Part shown: piece by piece, positions 8,917 through 17,186 of the stretch
How the letters are laid out: each line of letters opens with the position of its first letter
How positions within the stretch are numbered: position 1 is the stretch's first letter
The notes under the pieces: generated by a model
Databases searched by the model: none
What the model was told of the DNA's origin: nothing
What the model saw: the letters and a program-made list of their open reading frames with translations, nothing else
Assembly (NCBI GenBank): GCA_946496065.1
Contig: CAMMFF010000005.1
Span: 11,397-75,396, forward strand
Origin: an uncultured Clostridia bacterium
GTDB taxonomy: Bacteria; Bacillota; Clostridia; Christensenellales; UBA1242
Direction: 5' to 3'
Length of the DNA: 64,000 nt
Translations under genes and position numbers: made by a program

Positions 8917-10497
8917 CTATTTTACCAAAACAAAAGACGTAATCAATTTGATTTCTCTTTGCCTCTTATTAATCTCATCTGGTGCGGAGTGAAGGTATAA
9001 GCACGAACCTTGGGTATTAGATAAAGCAGAATATATCTGCTTTTCGGTTTCTATGTTTTCTTCAACTGTGAATTTCGGTTTATCTGGAGAGTTTGTATAG
9101 TTAAACAGAATTACTACTTTATCGTTGTAGAGATATACTGCTCGAACAAAGGTGTTTACAAGTAGTTTGCGTATTTTGATGTCTTTTGTATCTTCAAACA
9201 CTTGCTTTCGTAAAAACTGCTCTATTTCTCCTTTTGTTAAAAGCGAGTTATCTCTATACTTTTCTTTTGTAATTTCTATATCAATTTCTGCAAGTTCATT
9301 TTCAAGTTGTTGTAAGCGAGATTTTGTTAAGTCCGTGATTATTCCTTGCTCAATGGCTTTCAAAATGTTTTGGCTTGCCTTGTAAGTTTCTTTTCTTTTT
9401 TGTTCTAATAGTTTTAAATTGGCATTATCTTGCGAGTGCTTTTGATGATAGTTAAAAATCGCATTTGTTAAGAATTGTATGTTTTGCTCACTGTTTAATA
9501 GTTGGGTGATTGTGTTTATCACCAAATCTTCAAGCTCTTGTTTTTTAATTGCTTTCATAGTGCAAGGATATCTTTTCTTTCTTCGTGAAACACAAACATA
9601 GTAGTAGTGAATATCTTTTGTATGACTTGTTCCACTTTCACCATACATTTTGTGTTTGCATTCTCCACAAATTAGTTTGCCAGAGAGAATATAATCAAAA
9701 ATCTCTTTCTTTCTGCTTGGAGCGAATTTGTTTTCTTCGTTTATTGCATTGACTTTATTCCAAAGATTATCATCAATAATTCGTGGAAAGATTTTGTCAT
9801 ACTTTATGCCATGATGTTCAACAACTCCTGTATATCTTGAATTGTGGAGTATCCATAAAACATATTTCTCATCAAACTTTTTGCCATTATTTCGGTGATA
9901 GCCTAATTCATTCAAAGTTTCAGCAATCACTCTCGCTCTGTAATCACTTGCATACATTTGAAAAACTTTTAAGATTATTTCTTTTTCATATTCGTTTATC
10001 ACATATTTTTTGTTTACAATGTCATATCCAAAAACTTTCTTTCCGCCTGTTGCATTGCCTTTGAGCCAACTTTCACGAAGTCCACGATTTACCTTTTGCG
10101 TAAGTTCTTCGCTGAAATATTGATTGAAGCCTTCAAGTAGTGTTTCCATAAGCGTCCCTTCTGGAGTGTTCGGTATATTTTCCATACAAGATACTAAACT
10201 CACATCATTGTCTTTAAGTGTTTTCTTGTGAATAACACTTTCATATTTGTTCCTACTAAATCTATCAAGTTTGTAAACAAGCACGATTGAGAATTGGTGG
10301 TTTGAACTATCTTTCAACATTTTTTGAAAAGCAACTCGGTTATCGTTTGTTCCTGTCATTGCTCTGTCAATGTAGGTGTCAACAATGACGATACCATTTT
10401 TCTCGGCATAGTCCTTGCAAACGTGAATCTGCCCTTCAATACTTTGCTCAGATTGACTATCCGAACTGTAACGGGCATATATTACTGCTGTTTTCAT
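8917..10497 (-). CDS. large serine recombinase
   Basis: N-terminal resolvase domain (AVIYARYSSDSQSEQSIEGQ), a recombinase domain, a Cys-rich zinc ribbon (CGECKHKMY...CVSRRKKRYPC) and a coiled-coil tail. AAGGAG SD. Confidence 0.9.
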   Translation of the reverse strand: MKTAVIYARYSSDSQSEQSIEGQIHVCKDYAEKNGIVIVDTYIDRAMTGTNDNRVAFQKMLKDSSNHQFSIVLVYKLDRFSRNKYESVIHKKTLKDNDVSLVSCMENIPNTPEGTLMETLLEGFNQYFSEELTQKVNRGLRESWLKGNATGGKKVFGYDIVNKKYVINEYEKEIILKVFQMYASDYRARVIAETLNELGYHRNNGKKFDEKYVLWILHNSRYTGVVEHHGIKYDKIFPRIIDDNLWNKVNAINEENKFAPSRKKEIFDYILSGKLICGECKHKMYGESGTSHTKDIHYYYVCVSRRKKRYPCTMKAIKKQELEDLVINTITQLLNSEQNIQFLTNAIFNYHQKHSQDNANLKLLEQKRKETYKASQNILKAIEQGIITDLTKSRLQQLENELAEIDIEITKEKYRDNSLLTKGEIEQFLRKQVFEDTKDIKIRKLLVNTFVRAVYLYNDKVVILFNYTNSPDKPKFTVEENIETEKQIYSALSNTQGSCLYLHSAPDEINKRQREIKLITSFVLVK

Positions 10498-10594
10498 TTA
10501 TTTTTTCTCCTTTTATTTTATAGATTTCATCTTTCGACAGGGGCGAAACAAACGGAAACGAATTATAGTTTTTGACTTTAAAATCTTTAAACTG

Positions 10595-10634
10595 TTGTCA
10601 AAGGTTGTGAAACAATGCATTTTACCTTTGACAA
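10595..10634. repeat. 40-bp dyad (11-bp perfect arms, 18-bp spacer) upstream of the recombinase gene
   Basis: TTGTCAAAGGT (10595-10605) and ACCTTTGACAA (10624-10634). Confidence 0.8.
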
Positions 10635-10674
10635 GAGTGAGTTTTCGTTTAAACTTCGCACCCGAAAGACTAAT

Positions 10675-10702
10675 CACTTGTATCAAGACAAGCACACGCC
10701 AG
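10675..10702 (+). repeat. copy A of GC-rich repeat (direct with 12291-12317)
   Basis: CACTTGTATCAAGACAAGCACACGCCAG. Identical to copy B except for one extra A. Confidence 0.9.
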
Positions 10703-10817
10703 GGTTGCATTGCCTTTTTTTGTTTTGAATGATTAAACTTAAAATTTCAATGAAAAAATCATTTGAGAGAAACGATAAGTCCAAATCATTCACATTTTCG
10801 ACTTTTAATTTTTGCAT
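10683..10817 (-). CDS. possible 44-aa small protein
   Basis: AAGGAG lies 8 nt upstream of ATG 10817. Translation: MQKLKVENVNDLDLSFLSNDFFIEILSLIIQNKKRQCNPGVCLS. The 3' end lies inside repeat A. Below the ORF-track length cutoff. Confidence 0.3.
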   Translation of the reverse strand: MQKLKVENVNDLDLSFLSNDFFIEILSLIIQNKKRQCNPGVCLS

Positions 10818-11151
10818 TTTCTTAACTCCTTTTTTCTAAAATTTGGAATTAAAAAGACATAGAAAAAAGTTTTTTTTACGCCCATAAATGCAACCACTGG
10901 CTCTTAATTTTTGGCTCAGAGCATACCAATAAAACTAACTTCACGGCTTGCCATTTTGCGTTGTCTAATTTAATTTCAATAAGAGAATAGCACAAATGTG
11001 GTTGTATTGTAAGGAACAAAACTGGTAGTAAACTAGTACTTTTCACATACTTTTTGCAAACAAAGTTGTAGTTTTTGGTAAAAAGTCGCACAATTTTTAC
11101 TATTCTTCTCTATATATAGCCACGAAAATATGTGAAAGTTAAGGCAATATT

Positions 11152-11182
11152 CAAAAAATATTCCACTTTTTATCGTGGAATA
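11152..11182 (-). terminator. intrinsic terminator after the sigma-like gene
   Basis: TATTCCAC / GTGGAATA stem followed by T6 on the minus strand. Confidence 0.55.
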
Positions 11183-11189
11183 CTTGTTT

Positions 11190-11822
11190 TTACATACAAA
11201 GCAAGGAGTATCTATCTTTAAATCTTCTTCTTTGTCTGTAAACTCTGTCAACGCTTATATTTAAAAATTCTGCTATGAGTTTTGGTGCAACTCCGTTGTA
11301 ATAGTATTCAAAGATTTGATATTCAAGTTTGTTTTGTATAATTTTTGATAAGACTTCTTTGACTTTTGTGTAGTCTGGCTTATCTTCAATGGTTGGCTTA
11401 TCCACTGCAAGTTCTAAACATTCTTCTTCGTCTACTGTGTTGTTTGAAAACTTTAATTCTTTTCGTAGATATACTTGCAAAACTCTAAGGCAAGCATTTT
11501 TGAGATTGTCTATCTTTCCAGATTTTGATTTGGAATCTTTGCAAAGTTCACCGAGCTTGTGTCCAATAAATTTGCAAAGAAACAAACTTGCTTCTTGCAC
11601 TAAATCGTAAGCATCTGAATATGAGTCTAACTTCTTGGGATGGCAAATATCTTGTCTTAATAGACATTGCAATCTTTCAACTTTTGGTGTTGCACTGTAT
11701 GCATATTTCTTAATGCTTTTTAATGCACTAAGTGCAAAACATTGAGATAACTTTTCAATGTTTTCTAGAGTGATAACTATGTTATCATCTAAAATTCCTT
11801 TTTTTTCTTTCATTTCTTTCAT
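11190..11822 (-). CDS. sigma-70 region-4-like / HTH protein of mobile-element type
   Basis: C-terminal HTH APKLIAEFLNISVDRVYRQRRRF. AAAGGAG SD. Adjacent to the serine recombinase, as in clostridial integrative elements. Confidence 0.45.
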   Translation of the reverse strand: MKEMKEKKGILDDNIVITLENIEKLSQCFALSALKSIKKYAYSATPKVERLQCLLRQDICHPKKLDSYSDAYDLVQEASLFLCKFIGHKLGELCKDSKSKSGKIDNLKNACLRVLQVYLRKELKFSNNTVDEEECLELAVDKPTIEDKPDYTKVKEVLSKIIQNKLEYQIFEYYYNGVAPKLIAEFLNISVDRVYRQRRRFKDRYSLLCM

Positions 11823-12068
11823 ATATAACTCCTTTTATTTGCCTTTTGGCACAAACAAAAAGAGCATAGTTTGACTGAAAATTTAAAAACATTCAAAATT
11901 TCATTTACAACAAGTCAAGGAAGAAGAAATATATATTTTGTGCAAAGAAAAAAGACTAAGGCAAAACCTTAATCTTAAAAGAAAACTAAAATATATATTT
12001 CCCTTGAATTGTTGTGAGAACTATGCCACAACCACTAGCCAAAAGGCAAAGAAAAGGAGCGGATACAA

Positions 12069-12149
12069 AAAACGGCATCGTAAAAAAATGAGAAGGCGTT
12101 TGGCAAAGAGGGTTTACCCTTGCCAGCCTCTCATTTTAGATGCCGTTTT
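12069..12149 (-). terminator. long nested hairpin; intrinsic terminator for the exonuclease-lipoprotein operon
   Basis: Outer stem AAAACGGCATC / GATGCCGTTTT. Inner stems ATGAGA(A)GGC / GCCTCTCAT and GGCAA..GGGT / ACCCTTGCC. T7 follows the inner stem on the minus strand. Confidence 0.55.
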
Positions 12150-12254
12150 GTTTGCGGAAGTATGTTTTGAATTTTTTTGATTACATATCAAATTCTAGTT
12201 GTGTCAAAGTTTTATTTTTACTGTTTTAGTCCAAAATTGACAAATTTAGTTTTT

Positions 12255-12317
12255 CTGGCGTGTGCTTGTCTGGCGGAGCTTTAGCGACGCCACTTGTTCA
12301 AGACAAGCACACGCCAG
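12255..12317. repeat. 17-bp perfect inverted repeat with 29-nt spacer (right arm lies within copy B of the direct repeat)
   Basis: CTGGCGTGTGCTTGTCT (12255-12271) and AGACAAGCACACGCCAG (12301-12317), with an inner TGGCG/CGCCA pairing. No flanking T-run. Confidence 0.9.
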
Positions 12318-12325
12318 AATCCCAT

Positions 12326-13459
12326 TTAAAGTGCTGAAGCATCTTTAAATTTTATTTGAACTTCTGTTGTTAGATATGCTGTTTCGTTAGTGTTAATTAA
12401 AGTTGCAGTAACTTTACCCACATCATAAGGAGAAAAAGAACTCATACCAAATTCAGGATTTCTGTATGGATCATTTTGTATATTAGCATAAAATGTGTAT
12501 AGAATTTTACCACCTCTATCATAAAAGTGAATTCTTATCATATTATAATTATTTCCACTTATATAGTCATTATAAACTTTTTTTAAATAAAAATCTGTCC
12601 AACCATTTTGATTTTTTTTGTATTGTAATAAAGTTGTAGAATCTATGCCTTGAATTTTATAAGTTTTAAATAAAACAGGATCTGAACTTAAAGCATTATC
12701 ATTGCTATAGTTTATAACAGGGACATCTATTTCTCCTATTTGGTATATCGGTTCATTAAAACAAAAACTATCTGAAATTATATTCCCATAAACATCTTTT
12801 TTAGTAAAAAGTATTTGTTCGTTTTCTACACGAATATTCGTAGGTTCATAGTTTTTTAAAACTGTAGTCGAACAAACCTCACTATCTAAATAAATTTTAT
12901 TATAACTACATGCTTGTATATATAAAGTATTTATTCCAGATATGCACATATCTTTTGTAATTTTTAATTCATATATGTTTTCTACATCATAAACATATTC
13001 ATTATCATTTATTTCAATCTTTATAAAATCTGTATTAGGATTTACTTCTAAAAGTAATGTACCATACTCACCATTATAATTAGATTTAAAATTTTGTAAT
13101 ATTTTAGGGGTGTCTAATTTCGTTAAATTTATATAAAATGGAGAACTATATTCAGAATCTTCATAATTTTTATTATTTGTTCTAGCTTTTACTTTAATAT
13201 TATAATTATATACATGTTCTTCTACGATTAAAGTTGCACTATTAATAAAACTTTCATATTCCTTATCATTAATACTAACAATATATGATGAAGCATTATA
13301 AACAGGATCCCATTGTATTAAATTATCTTCCCAACAAAGATTAGTAGGTGTAGAGAGTTTAATTACATTATCTGGCTGTTGCTCCGCAATATCCCCACAA
13401 CCACAAAAAAACAATGGCATAAATATAAACATAAAAATTAAAGATATGTATTTTTTCAT
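12326..13459 (-). CDS. lipoprotein with Fn3-like repeats
   Basis: Signal peptide ending in the lipobox-like LFFCGC. LSTPTNLCWEDNLIQWDPVYNASSYIVSIND is an Fn3-like signature. Very AT-rich. Confidence 0.65.
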   Translation of the reverse strand: MKKYISLIFMFIFMPLFFCGCGDIAEQQPDNVIKLSTPTNLCWEDNLIQWDPVYNASSYIVSINDKEYESFINSATLIVEEHVYNYNIKVKARTNNKNYEDSEYSSPFYINLTKLDTPKILQNFKSNYNGEYGTLLLEVNPNTDFIKIEINDNEYVYDVENIYELKITKDMCISGINTLYIQACSYNKIYLDSEVCSTTVLKNYEPTNIRVENEQILFTKKDVYGNIISDSFCFNEPIYQIGEIDVPVINYSNDNALSSDPVLFKTYKIQGIDSTTLLQYKKNQNGWTDFYLKKVYNDYISGNNYNMIRIHFYDRGGKILYTFYANIQNDPYRNPEFGMSSFSPYDVGKVTATLINTNETAYLTTEVQIKFKDASAL

Positions 13460-13469
13460 AATTTCTCCA

Positions 13470-14762
13470 TCAAACTTTTGTTAATTTTTTCAATTTTTCT
13501 TTAAAGTCATATAATTTTTTTAATCTATCAGGGCGTTCTTTATTAATCAATTTATCAAATACAAAAATTGCAAAATTTAGTATATTGATTGCTTTATCAT
13601 ATTCTTTATTTTTTCTATATAATATGTAAAGTCGTTCATACACATAATTTCCTTCAAAAGCAAAATAGGCCGATTTTCCATAGGCATTAATTGCTTCGCT
13701 TATGTTGTTATTTTTTTCAAATTGTGTCCCTAGGTTAGAAAAATATAAAGCTTGTTTAGTATCCAACACATAATCTTTTCCTTCAATATATTCTTTAGTT
13801 TGTATATTGTTATCAACTAATTGACTTGTTTTAATTTTTTCATTTTCTTTTATCTTGTTTTGTTCTATCAAATCATAAAAAACATTTTCTGAAAGAATTT
13901 TGATATCATATCCTTGCAATACAAGACTCTCTGCCTTCCTTAATTTCGAACTTTTATTCCCTTTTATATTGGCGGAATATTCAAAATTGCCAACTATTAA
14001 ATAATCAGTACTAAGTGTAACATTATCTGCACAATGTCCGCCAAAATCAACAACATATTTCATAGCCTGTCTTCTAGGAAATTTAAGTGTACCAGTAAAT
14101 ACACAAGTTTTATTATAAAACGGATTGCTTTCTTCAAAAGTTGTATAATTAGTTGTAATATCCTTTGCCTTAAGTTTTGTTTTATTTTGTCTTAAAATTT
14201 GAGATATATCAATATTATTTTTTGTAATATAATCTTTAATTTTTCTGTAGCAGTTATTTGTAATTTCGCAATCAATTAGTGCCCTGTGCATTTTGTTAAA
14301 TTTAACATTTAAGTGATTCGCAATAGTAGATAAGCGATGGTCTAGTAATTCCTTAAACAATATGCGACTTAATCGCATAGTGTCAATATAATCGTTTCTG
14401 AATAAGTAATTTTCAAACCTAACAAAATTATCATATAAGAAATTAATATCAAAATTAATGTTGTGCCCAATTATAATTTTATCAGATATAAAATCTTTAA
14501 CGAAAGGAAGTATTTTATCTATAGTAGGACAATCTTTGACTTTTTCGTTAGTTATGCCAGTTAATTGTGATATAAAATCTGAAATTGGAGAAAAAGGCTT
14601 TACCAAAGAAGAAAATGTGTCAATAATTTTATTATTATTTACTTTTATTATACCAATCTCAATTATATCATCAATCTGTGGATCTAATCCTGTTGTTTCT
14701 ATATCTATAACACAATAAGTATTTACACAATTCAAAAGAGATTTGCCTTTAAATTTTCTCAT
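13470..14762 (-). CDS. DnaQ-like DEDDh 3'-5' exonuclease with BRCT and TPR-like C-terminus
   Basis: Exo I VIDIETTGLD, Exo II GHNINFDINFL, Exo III HRALIDCE. BRCT-like KTCVFTGTL...DYLIVGN. TPR-like tail. Lies 10 nt upstream of the lipoprotein gene. Confidence 0.75.
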   Translation of the reverse strand: MRKFKGKSLLNCVNTYCVIDIETTGLDPQIDDIIEIGIIKVNNNKIIDTFSSLVKPFSPISDFISQLTGITNEKVKDCPTIDKILPFVKDFISDKIIIGHNINFDINFLYDNFVRFENYLFRNDYIDTMRLSRILFKELLDHRLSTIANHLNVKFNKMHRALIDCEITNNCYRKIKDYITKNNIDISQILRQNKTKLKAKDITTNYTTFEESNPFYNKTCVFTGTLKFPRRQAMKYVVDFGGHCADNVTLSTDYLIVGNFEYSANIKGNKSSKLRKAESLVLQGYDIKILSENVFYDLIEQNKIKENEKIKTSQLVDNNIQTKEYIEGKDYVLDTKQALYFSNLGTQFEKNNNISEAINAYGKSAYFAFEGNYVYERLYILYRKNKEYDKAINILNFAIFVFDKLINKERPDRLKKLYDFKEKLKKLTKV

Positions 14763-14870
14763 AATATAATCCCACCTTTATTAAATACAATTATAACATA
14801 AATTTAAAGATTTTATATAAAATTTATTAATTTTTATTTTAACCCAATTGTCAACCCAAACCAATCTTTA

Positions 14871-14914
14871 TTAAAAAACAAAACGAACTTTGAGTTGCTT
14901 TCAAGGTTCGTTTT
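14871..14914 (-). terminator. terminator downstream of tRNA-Leu
   Basis: AAAACGAAC / GTTCGTTTT stem with an inner TTGA/TCAA pairing, followed by GTTTTTT on the minus strand. Confidence 0.55.
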
Positions 14915-14923
14915 ATTCTTGTC

Positions 14924-15009
14924 TGGTGCAGAAGATGGGAGTTGAACCCACAAGATGTTGCCATCACAGGTACCTGAAACCTGCGCGTCTGCCATTCCGC
15001 CACTTCTGC
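14924..15009 (-). tRNA. tRNA-Leu (anticodon CAG)
   Basis: Hand-folded 86-nt cloverleaf including encoded CCA. Anticodon loop TTCAGGT, long variable arm, T-arm GTGGGTTCAACTCCCAT. Confidence 0.9.
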
Positions 15010-15021
15010 AAGTATGTTCTT

Positions 15022-15050
15022 ATTATAATTTTTATATCGATGCTTGTCAA
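15022..15050 (-). promoter_or_regulatory. promoter of tRNA-Leu
   Basis: On the minus strand: TTGACA (15045-15050), 17 nt, TATAAT (15022-15027), 12 nt before the tRNA 5' end. Confidence 0.65.
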
Positions 15051-15143
15051 GAATAAAAACTTTTATTCTGTTTCAAAAATAATTTAAAAATCGTTTTTCT
15101 TGTCAAAGATTTAATGTTATAATGCACTCATAAGGAGTGGGAT

Positions 15144-16256
15144 ATGGAAGAAAATGACCTTGGGCTTATTGTTTTGAAAAGCTTTGCTGACAGGGGCAAA
15201 GAAGTTAATGACTATATTTCATCATTTAGAGAAGAGAATGGAAAGAATTATTTGATTAGTTTTGACAATCCTCGTTTTAGCAACGGAGAGGCAAAAGTCA
15301 AAATTAATGAAACTGTAAGAAACAAAGATATATATATTTTGGCTGACATCGGAAATTATTCTTGCACTTACAATCTCTATGGAAATGTCAACCATATGTC
15401 ACCAGATGAACATTTTCAAGATGTCATCAGGACAATCTCAGCAATAAGTGGAAAAGCGAAAAGCATCACTGTTTTCTTGCCATTGATGTATGCTTCTCGT
15501 CAACACAGAAGAAAGGGAAGAGAATCTCTTGATTGTGCTATGGCATTGAAATATTTGGAAAATTTGGGTGCACACAATGTTTTGACTTTTGATGTGCATG
15601 ATCCAAACATTCAGAACGTTATGCCGACTCGAAGTTTTGATAACATTTCTCCAATCTATTGTGTTTTGAAAGAATTTATACGAAACGAATATAAAGAAAT
15701 AGGAAAAGACAAAATGATTGTAATAAGTCCTGATGCTGGTGCAATTGAAAGAGCGACGATGTATGCCAGTGTTTTGGGGCTTGACTTAGGGCTTTTCTAC
15801 AAGAGAAGGGACTATTCAATTGTTGTTAATGGAAAAAATCCAATCTTGCAACATGATTACATTGGAAATGATGTTAAAGGCAAAAATATATTGATTGTTG
15901 ATGATATGATCGCATCTGGCGAAAGTGTGATTGACATAATTAAACAACTCAAGGCCAGAGGGTGTGCAAAAGTTTATGTTGTGACAACCTTTGCATTCTT
16001 CACAGAGGGTATTGCCAAATTTAATAAACTTTACGAAGAAGGAAATCTGACAAAAGTATACAGCACAAATGCGTCATATTTAAGTGATGATGTGAAAAAT
16101 GCACCATGGTTTTGTGAGGTCTCTTTAACAAAATTTATTGCCAAGATCATCATGACATTGAACGAAGGAAAAAGCATTAGTGAATACATTTCATCAACGG
16201 AGAAAATTAAGAAATTATATAAAAAATACTCAAATAAATTAAAAAAGAATGATTGA
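15144..16256 (+). CDS. prs: ribose-phosphate pyrophosphokinase (long form)
   Basis: PRPP-binding loop NILIVDDMIASGESV, an RQHRRKGRES-type flexible loop, and AGGAG SD. Confidence 0.75.
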   Translation: MEENDLGLIVLKSFADRGKEVNDYISSFREENGKNYLISFDNPRFSNGEAKVKINETVRNKDIYILADIGNYSCTYNLYGNVNHMSPDEHFQDVIRTISAISGKAKSITVFLPLMYASRQHRRKGRESLDCAMALKYLENLGAHNVLTFDVHDPNIQNVMPTRSFDNISPIYCVLKEFIRNEYKEIGKDKMIVISPDAGAIERATMYASVLGLDLGLFYKRRDYSIVVNGKNPILQHDYIGNDVKGKNILIVDDMIASGESVIDIIKQLKARGCAKVYVVTTFAFFTEGIAKFNKLYEEGNLTKVYSTNASYLSDDVKNAPWFCEVSLTKFIAKIIMTLNEGKSISEYISSTEKIKKLYKKYSNKLKKND

Positions 16257-16289
16257 TTTCGTTCTTTTTTTCTTTCATTCTTTTTCTAT

Positions 16290-17048
16290 TTATCTCACGA
16301 TAATGGTAATTATGCCAATTATTTTGCCTTGATAAATGATTTCAATGGTGCCATTTTCATTTGCTACAAGTTTCCAACTGTTGAAGCCGGTGATTAATTT
16401 TGATAGGGTTATGTTTTGATTGGTTTCAAAAGTGCAATCACTCCAATTTTCGAATTCGTCTGATGATAATCTGAAATAACAATCCTTTCCTTTTGATAAA
16501 GTTATTGTCGTTTCTTCAATTTCGCAACCTGCTTGATTGAAAATCTCAAAATTGATTAAGTCTTTTTCTTCATCAGTTGGCGGTGTTGGTTCTTCAGGAG
16601 TTGTTGGAGTTTCTGGTTCTTCTGTTTCATCTGGAGATTCTGGAGTGTCAATTGAGGATTGGTCATTATTTCCATCATCGATATCTGGAAGATTTGATTC
16701 TTTATCTATGACGGTTATTTTACATTCACAGGTGGCAATGTTTTCGTTATATTTTGCAAACAAATCTATTGTCGTTGTTCCTTCTTTCAATCCTTTGAGT
16801 TTGAAACCATTTGAGGAAATAATATTGTCATTTTCAATATCAAATGTTACTACGGCATACGGATTTGAGACATTGAATTTGAGATTGCTCTCTTCGTTTA
16901 CATGGATAGTCATGTCATTTGAGCTTATGGAAAGAGTTTCTTCTTTTTGTTTTGGAAGGAAAATAACAAGGCCGATGATTGTGAAAATGATTGCAACAAC
17001 GCATGGGCAAACGATTTTTAATAAGACATCTTTTGTTTTCATTTCCAT
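16290..17048 (-). CDS. membrane-anchored Big_2 (Ig-like) domain protein
   Basis: N-terminal TM helix, GFKLKGLKEGTTTIDLFAKY Ig-like signature, and a P/E/T-rich linker. Confidence 0.6.
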   Translation of the reverse strand: MEMKTKDVLLKIVCPCVVAIIFTIIGLVIFLPKQKEETLSISSNDMTIHVNEESNLKFNVSNPYAVVTFDIENDNIISSNGFKLKGLKEGTTTIDLFAKYNENIATCECKITVIDKESNLPDIDDGNNDQSSIDTPESPDETEEPETPTTPEEPTPPTDEEKDLINFEIFNQAGCEIEETTITLSKGKDCYFRLSSDEFENWSDCTFETNQNITLSKLITGFNSWKLVANENGTIEIIYQGKIIGIITIIVR

Positions 17049-17171
17049 AATATACCAAATTTTACAGTGCTTTTGTCAAGTGTGACGTCACTTTTTTATA
17101 TTTTTTTGATATTTTTGTCGAAATTATATTTTTTAAATGCCTCAAAACAATCAAAAAAGTTGAGCTGTTTA

Positions 17172-17180
17172 TGGTATAAT
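17172..17180 (+). promoter_or_regulatory. extended -10 (TGGTATAAT) 6 nt upstream of the rlmD ATG
   Basis: TG at 17172-17173 and TATAAT at 17175-17180. No SD before ATG 17187. Confidence 0.5.
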
Positions 17181-17186
17181 TGAAAC

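Larger units (their letters stand above)
8917..14800. mobile_element. putative integrated island (boundaries uncertain)
   Basis: Carries a large serine recombinase at one end and tRNA-Leu just beyond the other. The cargo at 12.3-14.8 kb is visibly more AT-rich than the flanks. Internal direct and inverted repeats are present. Confidence 0.4.

Noticed and set aside
10513-10710. 65-aa basic ORF immediately upstream of the recombinase
   Set aside because: It is not called as a gene because it has only a weak, badly spaced SD and overlaps the better-supported 44-aa ORF. It is kept in mind because its start lies in the repeated sequence (see the finding at 10675-12317).
11938-12180. 80-aa ORF (K/R-rich) from the ORF track
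   Set aside because: It has no SD, a low-complexity basic composition, and spans the terminator hairpin and an inverted-repeat arm. It is most likely non-coding.
12255-12317. Integron attC site or intrinsic terminator
   Set aside because: There is no GTTRRRY/RYYYAAC core, no intI gene, and no T-run after the hairpin on either strand. The real terminator of the upstream operon is the hairpin at 12069-12149.
14890-15087. 65-aa ORF from the ORF track
   Set aside because: It lies antisense across tRNA-Leu and its promoter.
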